This document shows positions 16,106-24,014 of a DNA stretch of 35,994 nucleotides, one piece after another. Where the stretch lies: the NCBI GenBank assembly GCA_041740065.1, contig JBGSMR010000369.1, forward strand, positions 1-35,994. Reading direction: 5' to 3'. This DNA is from Chthoniobacterales bacterium (GTDB taxonomy: Bacteria; Verrucomicrobiota; Verrucomicrobiia; Chthoniobacterales; JAATET01). Below the pieces are notes generated by a model. The model worked only from the letters and a program-made list of their open reading frames with translations, was not told the origin of the DNA and did no database searches. The translations under genes were made by a program, and so were the position numbers. Position 1 is the first letter of the stretch. The number at the start of each line of letters is the position of its first letter.

Positions 16106-17494
16106 ATGGCCGTTAAGACAGAAAAGGAACTCACCGAAGGCAACCGGGCGACATGGTTGAAGGCATTGAGCGCGATGCAGCTCAAAAACTACGGATATAC
16201 GATCCAGCTCACTCAAGCATTGCTCAAGCAGGAGCCCTCATTCCTCACTGGCAGGCAGGTAGTGCGTAAAGCTGCGATTGCTAAAAGCGGGGGCAAGAAA
16301 AGTGGCATGTCCACCGCATCGTTTTCGCTGATGAAGGTCCAAGGCATGGTCAAAAAAGACCCATTGGCCGCGATAGATGCCATTGAGAAAGTTTTGGAAT
16401 CTGAGCCTTACAATCAACATGCGAATCTCCTCCTCCGTGACGCCGCGATAGCCGCTGATCTTCCGGAGGTCGCAACGTTTGCGCTGGAGACGATCGTGCA
16501 AGGTAGCCCGAAGGATGTGAAAATGCTCCACGAGCTTGCACGCCACTACACCGAGTCGGGCGATGCCGATCGAGCGGTGGAAGTCTATAATCGTATTGTC
16601 GATATCAATCCCGCAGACCTCGTGGCGATCAAGGGCGGTAAGGATGCATCTGCCCGTGCGTCCATGCAAAAGGGCGGATGGGAGCGCCAGGACGCCACCT
16701 ATCGAGATCTTATCAAAGATAAGGAAGCTGCCGTATCCATGGAACAGCAGAGTCGTGTTGTCCGAAGTGATGAAATGATCGATCAGCAGTTGGCGGAGTA
16801 TGGAAAGCGCTATGAAGAAGCGCCGGAATCGATCGACGTCGCCCGCAAAATCGCTGAGCTCTACGAGCAAAAAGGCGACATTGCCAATGCAATTACTTGG
16901 TATTCCTACACGGCGGGGTTGAGTAATAACTCCGATGCGGCGCTTGTTCGCAAAGCGAAAGATCTTCAGATCAAACAATACGACAGCAGTATTGCTGAGT
17001 ACGAAGCATTCATCGCCGCCAATCCTGACGGAGAAGAAACCAAGCCGTACATTGAGCAACTCACCGAGATCAAACGCCTCAGGGCCGAATTTTCGTTGGA
17101 CGAGGCTCGCCGTCGGGTGGAACGCAATCCCACCGATCTCAGCTTCCGTTTTGAACTTGGCGAAATCCTTGTTAATACGGGGAATTACAAAGACGCCATC
17201 CAAGAGCTTCAAAAAGCACGACAAAACCCCAGCGTCCGCCTCCGTGCAATCAGTCTGCTAGGGAAGTGTTTTGTCGAACGCGGCATGCTCGATCTCGCCG
17301 CCCGCACGCTCGAAGAGGCGGTGGCAGAACTGGCAGGCATGGATCCCACCAAAAAGGATATCGTTTACAATCTTGGCCTCGTTTATGACAAAATGGGCGA
17401 TAAGGACCGCTACCTCACCAACATGAAGCAGATCTACGAAGTAGACTACGGCTATCGAGATGTCGCTGAGCGTGTGGAAGGTTCCTACTCGTGA
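16106..17494 (+). CDS. tetratricopeptide-repeat (TPR) protein, function unknown
   Basis: 462-aa alpha-helical repeat protein with TPR-like units (e.g. HELARHYTESGDADRAVEVYNRIVDINP, LGEILVNTGNYKDAIQELQKARQNP, YNLGLVYDKMGDKDRY). Clean ATG start. Confidence 0.7.
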   Translation: MAVKTEKELTEGNRATWLKALSAMQLKNYGYTIQLTQALLKQEPSFLTGRQVVRKAAIAKSGGKKSGMSTASFSLMKVQGMVKKDPLAAIDAIEKVLESEPYNQHANLLLRDAAIAADLPEVATFALETIVQGSPKDVKMLHELARHYTESGDADRAVEVYNRIVDINPADLVAIKGGKDASARASMQKGGWERQDATYRDLIKDKEAAVSMEQQSRVVRSDEMIDQQLAEYGKRYEEAPESIDVARKIAELYEQKGDIANAITWYSYTAGLSNNSDAALVRKAKDLQIKQYDSSIAEYEAFIAANPDGEETKPYIEQLTEIKRLRAEFSLDEARRRVERNPTDLSFRFELGEILVNTGNYKDAIQELQKARQNPSVRLRAISLLGKCFVERGMLDLAARTLEEAVAELAGMDPTKKDIVYNLGLVYDKMGDKDRYLTNMKQIYEVDYGYRDVAERVEGSYS

Positions 17495-17517
17495 CGATGG
17501 GTCCTCAGTCACGAGTA
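17486..17517. terminator. perfect 10-bp inverted repeat between convergent TPR genes (possible bidirectional terminator hairpin, no U-tract)
   Basis: TACTCGTGAC (17486-17495) and GTCACGAGTA (17508-17517) with a 12-nt loop. The left arm contains the TGA stop (17492-17494) of the + strand TPR gene. Confidence 0.35.
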
Positions 17518-17546
17518 AGACCGTAACCGCCGATCGTGATAGAAAG

Positions 17547-18419
17547 TTAAATGCGATCTGTGGTCGAAAGTGTACGCACTGCGATGTGTGGCAGGCGTTC
17601 GTAATTTCCGCGAATCCCTTTCACCTCGGGATCCGTGGGTTCACGAAAGCGTTTCAGGATATCCAAGGCTCCCTTGTAAAATTTTTCCGCTTTCCGGAAC
17701 TCTCCCTTGTCGTGATAGACAACACCAAGATTGGCCATGGATGAAGCCACCTCCGGGTGGTTGGCTCCGAAGTTTGCCTCTCGGATTGCGAGAGCTTGTA
17801 AGTGGAGCCCTTCGGCTGTTCCATAGTCTCCGTGGTTAGTGTATGCGACGGCAAGATTGCTGCGGAGCAATGCCACTTCCAGACTGGACGTTCCATGGAG
17901 CCGCCCCGAGGTCGTTATCGCACGTTCATAGCTTTCAATCGCCTCGCTAAAATCTCCCATTTTTAGCTGAAGACTTGCCAAGTTATTGAGCAAGGTGGGG
18001 AGTTGCGAGGGATCGGCGACCACGAAGCTTTTGATCGCCGTGCGGTAAGCGTCACAAGCAAGTTTCCTGTGGGATGGCAGGCCTTCGGCGAGCATGGCTA
18101 CCTTCGTGGCAATACGACCCCTCGCATCAAGCACCCCTTCGGAGCGCGAAAGCGCCTCTTCAAAGCAGGCCAGAGCATCCTCATCCATCCCAAGGCCCAG
18201 CAGGCAGTCGCCGGCAATTTCCGAGGCATCACGCAACCGCACAGATGGGCTCTTAAAAAGTTGTTTGGCGCCCTCCAGAAAGTTCTTAACCACGGTTGCA
18301 CGCTCTTCCGCAGCGCAGCTGCCCTGCTGTGCTTGAAGATCTCTGCAAAGCTGCACCCATAAATCCGCTGTCGTCTGGTTGGACATCTCTTGCTTTAAAT
18401 TAAAGCTGATCTGGGCCAT
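17547..18419 (-). CDS. TPR protein (kinesin-light-chain-like TPR_12 repeats)
   Basis: NLAVAYTNHGDYGTAEGLHLQALAIREANFGANHPEVASSMANLGVVYHDKGEFRKAEKFYKGAL is the canonical KLC-type TPR pattern. Starts 36 nt downstream of the GH63-like gene on the same strand. Confidence 0.75.
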   Translation of the reverse strand: MAQISFNLKQEMSNQTTADLWVQLCRDLQAQQGSCAAEERATVVKNFLEGAKQLFKSPSVRLRDASEIAGDCLLGLGMDEDALACFEEALSRSEGVLDARGRIATKVAMLAEGLPSHRKLACDAYRTAIKSFVVADPSQLPTLLNNLASLQLKMGDFSEAIESYERAITTSGRLHGTSSLEVALLRSNLAVAYTNHGDYGTAEGLHLQALAIREANFGANHPEVASSMANLGVVYHDKGEFRKAEKFYKGALDILKRFREPTDPEVKGIRGNYERLPHIAVRTLSTTDRI

Positions 18420-18455
18420 GCCTCCTAGCTAAATCACACGCTCAAAAAGACGTGA

Positions 18456-21137
18456 TCAAAAGTCCCAATGCTGCCGAAGGTTCACCAGATCGGTCACTAG
18501 GCCAGTCCAGCCGGTCTGATGGTTCGAACCACATCCGCGCCCCGTTTCCGCGTGAAAATACTCGCTGAATAGCAGGAGATCTTTCCAGTGGGGATCATCG
18601 ACATACAGCGATTGATCGCCGTGACAGGGGCGATGCCCATCTGCCTGAATCTCAAAAAGCGAAATCAAGCGGTCGGCAAGGAATTCTGCCGCCTGGCCCA
18701 GCGTTACAAATTTGCCCGATCGTGTGGGGAACTCAACCTGAAAGCGGTCGCCGTAAAAGCGATGGTACGTCCGCAGACTCTCGATGATCAGGTAGTTCAC
18801 AGGCATCCAGATCGGTCCCCGCCAATTGGAGTTGCCTCCGAACATGCCGGTTGTTCCCTCACCGGGCTCGTAATCCACAGAATACGGCACCCCGTGTGCC
18901 CAGTAAACGTAGGGCGAATTTTCATGGAATTTCGATACGGAGCGGATTCCGTATGGCGAGAGGAACTCCTTTTCGTCGAACATGTACTTCAGAATCCGCT
19001 CCAAATGCTCGCGGGTCGGGATTGAAAGCAGGTGACTCATGGTCCCATCCTGGCCGTCGCCAGGTTGGGACACATGCTTGACAAGCACCGGGTGGTTTTT
19101 GATGAACCAACCCAATCGGCCAGCAAACTCTGGACACCGGGTAAGATAGGAATTGGGTATGATTGTCGTCGCGAGCAGTGGCATGAACCCGACTATTGAC
19201 CGTATGCGTAATGGCTCGTGTTTTCCGTCCACTTCGAGCATGTCGTAGTAAAACCCATCCTGTTCGTCCCAGAGGCCAGTGCCACCGAGTTCGTTCATCG
19301 CATGGACGATGCGGGCGAAATGCTCCACAAACTTCGACGCCATGTCCTCGTAGACGGGGTCCTTTTGGGCGAGTTCGAGTGCGATCGATAGCATTTGGAC
19401 GCAATAGAATGCCATCCACGCCGTGCCATCTGCCTGCTTGAGGACGCCACCCGTCGGAAGCGGTTTGGAACGGTCGAAGACGCCCACATTATCGAGGCCG
19501 AGGAAGCCGCCGGAGAAGAGGTTATTCCCGTCCAGATCTTTGCGGTTTACCCACCATGTGAAATTAATCAGCAGCTTTTGAAAGACACTTTCAAGAAACC
19601 GGTCGTCGGGTGCGTCAGATAGCCAGGGTAGCCGGTAAACTCTCCATGCGGCCCATGCGTGGACGGGTGGATTCACATCCGAAAAATTCCACTCGTAGGC
19701 AGGGACTTGTCCGTTTGGATGCATATACCACTCACGGAGCATCAGGATGAGCTGCTGCTTCGCAAATGGCGGATCAACAAATGACAGCGAAATCGCGTGG
19801 AATGCCAAGTCCCAGGAGCAATAGTAAGGATATTCCCATTTGTCGGGCATGGATAAAACATCCCGGTTGAACAAGCTTTCCCAATCGGCGTTGCGGAGGG
19901 CGTGACCGGCCGGTGGTGCCGGCTGCGTGGCATCTCCTTGGCTCCACTCCATCTGGATCAAATTGTAGAACTGCTTCGACCATAACATCCCTGCATACCC
20001 TTGACGGAGGATCGCGCGGTGGGATGGGGATGGGGTGCGCCCAATCCGATAGTCGTAAAATGCGTCGGCTTCCCGCTTGCGCTTGGCGAACACTGCGTCA
20101 AATCGCTCGTCCAGCGGGGCGGCCAGCACTTCCTCTGCGGCGGTCAGGCGGAACCGTAATGTTACTTCCCCGCCGGCAGGAATGCTTAAAATGTAGTGTG
20201 CCGCAGCCTTGGTGCCCGTCTGCGCCGGATTCACAGCGGAAGTTTTGCCGTGAATCACGTAATCGTGAAATGCGTCCTTCACAAACGGCTCCGCATTCGG
20301 GACCTGATACAGTCGCTCGCGATTGGTTGCGTTTTCTGTAAATAGAAATCCGGGACTGCCCATTCCGTCTGGCGATGCGCCGAAGTCCAAAACATATTCG
20401 CCCATCATCGCGTGTGCGCATCGGAGCCGGTGGGGTTCGTCCTGGCGAATCTCCGGGCGTGTGGTGCATTCTTCTCGAATCTCCCCCCAGGCCCAAGTGT
20501 TACGATACCAGACCGTTGGTAGCACATGCAACGGAGCCGCGTCCGGGCCGCGGTTTACGATACGAATCCGGATGAGGATATCCTGAATCGACGCCTTCGC
20601 ATACTCGACGAAGATGTCAAAATACCGGCTTTCATTGAAAACCCCCGTATCCTCAAGCTCGTATTCGGGCTCCATGCGGGAACGTCGCGCATTTTCCGCG
20701 ATCAGGTCCGCATAGGGAAATTCTGCCTGAGGGTATTTATACAGTGCCTGGCAGTAAGAGTGCGTGGGGGTCGCATCCAGATAGTAGTAGTTTTCCTTGA
20801 CATCCTCACCATGATTTCCTTGAGGTCCACTCAGTCCGAAGAGCCGCTCTTTTAATATGGGATCACGGCCATTCCAGAACGTCGGAGCAAAACATAGCCT
20901 TCCGAATCGGTCGCAGATTCCCAGGATTCCATCCTCTCCCCAACGATAGGTTCGGCTGCGCGCATGGTCGTGCGGAAATGAATGCCATGGATCACCCTCA
21001 GCAGAATAATCTTCGCGCACCGTGCCCCACTGCCGCTCAGACAAATACGTGCCCCACAATTTCCAGAATTGCTCATGCCGTGTGTCCTCCAGCAATCGGA
21101 CCACTTCGGCATCGAGCTGATTGGGATCTCTTGCCAT
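18456..21137 (-). CDS. GH63-like / MGH1-like glycoside hydrolase (large cytoplasmic 'glucosidase')
   Basis: 893 aa. The N-terminal FWKLWGTYLSERQWGTVREDYS...YRWGEDG and the C-terminal (alpha/alpha)6-type region (DLAFHAISL, GGFLGLDNVGVFDR, NWRGPIWMPVNY) match the conserved bacterial GH63-related family as I recall it. Confidence 0.75.
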   Translation of the reverse strand: MARDPNQLDAEVVRLLEDTRHEQFWKLWGTYLSERQWGTVREDYSAEGDPWHSFPHDHARSRTYRWGEDGILGICDRFGRLCFAPTFWNGRDPILKERLFGLSGPQGNHGEDVKENYYYLDATPTHSYCQALYKYPQAEFPYADLIAENARRSRMEPEYELEDTGVFNESRYFDIFVEYAKASIQDILIRIRIVNRGPDAAPLHVLPTVWYRNTWAWGEIREECTTRPEIRQDEPHRLRCAHAMMGEYVLDFGASPDGMGSPGFLFTENATNRERLYQVPNAEPFVKDAFHDYVIHGKTSAVNPAQTGTKAAAHYILSIPAGGEVTLRFRLTAAEEVLAAPLDERFDAVFAKRKREADAFYDYRIGRTPSPSHRAILRQGYAGMLWSKQFYNLIQMEWSQGDATQPAPPAGHALRNADWESLFNRDVLSMPDKWEYPYYCSWDLAFHAISLSFVDPPFAKQQLILMLREWYMHPNGQVPAYEWNFSDVNPPVHAWAAWRVYRLPWLSDAPDDRFLESVFQKLLINFTWWVNRKDLDGNNLFSGGFLGLDNVGVFDRSKPLPTGGVLKQADGTAWMAFYCVQMLSIALELAQKDPVYEDMASKFVEHFARIVHAMNELGGTGLWDEQDGFYYDMLEVDGKHEPLRIRSIVGFMPLLATTIIPNSYLTRCPEFAGRLGWFIKNHPVLVKHVSQPGDGQDGTMSHLLSIPTREHLERILKYMFDEKEFLSPYGIRSVSKFHENSPYVYWAHGVPYSVDYEPGEGTTGMFGGNSNWRGPIWMPVNYLIIESLRTYHRFYGDRFQVEFPTRSGKFVTLGQAAEFLADRLISLFEIQADGHRPCHGDQSLYVDDPHWKDLLLFSEYFHAETGRGCGSNHQTGWTGLVTDLVNLRQHWDF

Positions 21138-21311
21138 GATAAAAAATTAAACAACTCGGCAGACCATAAACAACTACCGATAGGATTTGTTTTATTCCTG
21201 TAGCCGCTTACTCACCACTAAAAACTTCCATCAGCATCCGAATGCAGGGATCTATGCGATCCCAGTGCATCGTAGCGCTATTACTATCGAAGCAATGAGA
21301 GATATTGAGTC

Positions 21312-24014
21312 ATGATTGATGTGCAATACAACCGGGGGGTTTCGCTTCCGGCGCTGGGGTTATGGCTGGATCCGCGCGGGCCACGGGATTTTGCTTTTAT
21401 TTCCCATGCGCATAGTGATCACACCGGCAGGCATCGCGAGACGATCCTCACACCGGAGACCGGAGTATTGATGGAGACACGGATGGGCCCGGCCCCTGGA
21501 ATAGAGCATCGGATTCCTTATCATGAACGGCGCGATTTTGGAAAATTTGCAATCACTCTCGTCCCGGCCGGACACGTGCTTGGCTCAGCGCAATGTTACA
21601 TCGAGTCGGATGCGGGGTCGTTATTGTACACCGGTGATTTTAAGCTTCGGCAGGGGCTGAGCAGCACGTCTGCAGAAGCCGTCGCTGCGGAAATATTGAT
21701 TATGGAGACGACTTTCGGGCGGCCGCACTACATATTTCCGCCATCGGCGGATGTTGTGGCTGGCGTGGTGCGGTTTTGCCAAGAGACGCTGGAGGACGGC
21801 GACGTGCCGGTATTGCTTGGATACTCCCTTGGCAAAGCGCAGGAGATCCTCGCGGCCTTGAGCGATGCGGCGCTGCCGGTGATGTTACATGGGGCTGTGG
21901 CGAAAATTACGGCGGTTTACGAGGCACTTGGTGTTCGGTTTCCCGCCTACCAAAAATACCGTGCCGGAGCGACTGCTGGCCATGTGGTAATCTGTCCGCC
22001 CAGTGCCAATGGCTCCCCAATGATCCAAAAAATTGCCCGTCGACGTCTGGCAGGCCTTACCGGTTGGGCGATGGATCCAGGGGCGATTCATCGCATGCGC
22101 TGCGATGCGGTATTTCCGTTATCTGATCATGCGGATTACCCTGATCTCCTGCGGCACGTGGAGGCCGTGAATCCCGATCGAGTGCTCACGTTGCATGGAT
22201 TTGCTCAAGACTTCGCCAGGGATCTACGGGCGCGCGGTGTCGAGGCGTGGGCTCTCACTGGCGCGGATCAATTGGAATTCCGGCTGAGTTCCGAACGTCT
22301 GCACAGGGGAGCGGGTGAGGGATCTGAGGTTCGAGTGGAGGAAGCTACCAAGGCTCCGGTGCTGGGCGGCCTGGAGCGATTTGCGACGCTGTGCGGCGAA
22401 ATTGCGGCCTGCACGGGAAAGTTAGCGAAAACCCGGTTGTTGGCAGCCTATTTTAACACGCTTGAGGATGACCATCTCGGGATGACAGTGACCTGGCTGA
22501 CAGGGCATCCCTTTTCGCGTGCTTCCGGGCGGACGTTACAGGTCGGATGGGCATTGATCCGGCGGGCACTGATCACTGTCGCCGGTTGCACGCCTTCGGA
22601 ACTCCAGGCGATCTCGCGGCGCTTCAATGATGCGGGCCTCACCACCCGTGCCATTTTAAAGCGCAAGACGACGCATCGGGCTTGGACGCTTCGTGAAACA
22701 GCAGACTTGTTTGACATCCTTGCTGCAACCCGAGCCCCAACATCCAAGCAGAAATTACTAGAAGACGCGCTCCGTGAGCAATCTGCGACGTCAGCGATGG
22801 TGATTGTCAAAATCCTGACCGGCGACCTGCGAATCGGACTCAAAGAGGGATTGGTTGAAGAAGCGATCGGATCTGCATTCGGCGTCTCGGCGGAGGACTT
22901 GCGCGAGGCGCACATGCTGTTGGGCGATCTGGGCGTGGCAGCAGTTCATGCACGTCACGGAACTATGCAAACGGCTGAGTTGTGTCCGTTTCGCCCGGTG
23001 CGTGCAATGTTGGCCGGTCCAGAGCCGGACGCTGAAGCGGTGTGGCAGAGAATGACATCGGGAGGAGCATCCGACATCTGGGTGGAGGACAAGTTGGATG
23101 GTATTCGGGCGCAGTTGCATGTGGTTGACGGGCGGGTGGAAGTCTACTCGCGCGATTTGCGTCGCATCACTGCGACATTTCCGGAAATTGCCAGCGCCCT
23201 CTCCGGGTCGAATCTCACCTGCGTACTCGACGGCGAAATAATAGCTGCTGATGGTGATCGCCTCCTCGGATTTTCGGAATTGCAGAGGCGTCTGGGACGT
23301 CTCGAGCCGGATCTATTTCTCCGGCAGGATATCCCGGTGTGGTTCGTCGCGTTCGACGTGCTCTGGCTTGCCGGGGAGTCGTTGTTTCGTAAACCGCTTG
23401 GTGTGCGAAGGCAGGCGTTAGATGCAATGACTCTGCCCGCCCCCCTCCGAGTGGCGCCAATCACACGCATTTCTTCCGCGTCGGCGTTGGACAGCGAATT
23501 CGACGCGGCCCGCAAACGCGGGAACGAGGGTCTCATGATCAAAGATCCCGAGAGTGCATACCTGCCGGGGCGCCGCGGAATGGCCTGGATCAAACTAAAG
23601 AAGGCGGCGGCCACTCTGGATGTGGTAGTGACCTCCGTGGAGTACGGCCACGGACGCCGAAATCAGGTGCTCAGTGACTATACGTTTTCCGTACGCACCT
23701 CGGATGGTGGACTCGCAGCAATCGGCAAAGCGTACTCTGGACTTACGGATGCAGAGATCGCGGCACTTACCCCTCAATTTCAAAAAACCACGCTGCGTCA
23801 GCGAGGCAGGGTGTTTGACGTCGAACCGCTTGTCGTGCTCGAGGTAGCATTTGATTCTATCCAGCCGAGCACGCGCCATCCGTCTGGATTTTCTCTTCGC
23901 TTTCCACGGATCGTATCCATTCGATCCGACAAATCACCGGGTGAGATTGATACGATTGAATCTGCCAGCCGTCTGGCCTCACGCGGCAACGTCAAATCAC
24001 CAATCACTTCGTAA
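21312..24014 (+). CDS. fusion protein: ligase-associated MBL/beta-CASP exonuclease (N-terminal, ~330 aa) + ATP-dependent DNA ligase (DBD-adenylation-OB)
   Basis: N-terminal part: HAHSDH (aa 32-37, nt 21405-21422), VPAGHVLGSA, LYTGDF, SDHADYPDLLRHVEAVNPDRVLTLHG. C-terminal part: motif I EDKLDGIRAQ (K594, nt 23091-23093), III LDGEIIA, IIIa FVAFDVLWLAG, IV EGLMIKD, V WIKLKK, VI LRFPRIVSIRSDK. A single uninterrupted frame. Confidence 0.9.
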   Translation: MIDVQYNRGVSLPALGLWLDPRGPRDFAFISHAHSDHTGRHRETILTPETGVLMETRMGPAPGIEHRIPYHERRDFGKFAITLVPAGHVLGSAQCYIESDAGSLLYTGDFKLRQGLSSTSAEAVAAEILIMETTFGRPHYIFPPSADVVAGVVRFCQETLEDGDVPVLLGYSLGKAQEILAALSDAALPVMLHGAVAKITAVYEALGVRFPAYQKYRAGATAGHVVICPPSANGSPMIQKIARRRLAGLTGWAMDPGAIHRMRCDAVFPLSDHADYPDLLRHVEAVNPDRVLTLHGFAQDFARDLRARGVEAWALTGADQLEFRLSSERLHRGAGEGSEVRVEEATKAPVLGGLERFATLCGEIAACTGKLAKTRLLAAYFNTLEDDHLGMTVTWLTGHPFSRASGRTLQVGWALIRRALITVAGCTPSELQAISRRFNDAGLTTRAILKRKTTHRAWTLRETADLFDILAATRAPTSKQKLLEDALREQSATSAMVIVKILTGDLRIGLKEGLVEEAIGSAFGVSAEDLREAHMLLGDLGVAAVHARHGTMQTAELCPFRPVRAMLAGPEPDAEAVWQRMTSGGASDIWVEDKLDGIRAQLHVVDGRVEVYSRDLRRITATFPEIASALSGSNLTCVLDGEIIAADGDRLLGFSELQRRLGRLEPDLFLRQDIPVWFVAFDVLWLAGESLFRKPLGVRRQALDAMTLPAPLRVAPITRISSASALDSEFDAARKRGNEGLMIKDPESAYLPGRRGMAWIKLKKAAATLDVVVTSVEYGHGRRNQVLSDYTFSVRTSDGGLAAIGKAYSGLTDAEIAALTPQFQKTTLRQRGRVFDVEPLVVLEVAFDSIQPSTRHPSGFSLRFPRIVSIRSDKSPGEIDTIESASRLASRGNVKSPITS

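Noticed and set aside
16238-17224. 328-aa ORF antisense to the 462-aa TPR gene, the longest non-annotated ORF in the track
   Set aside because: It lies entirely inside, and in a fixed antisense frame to, a gene whose product has clear TPR repeat structure. Its own translation is low-complexity (Arg/Leu/Phe/Ile-rich) with no motif. This is the typical shadow ORF of a stop-codon-poor antisense frame.
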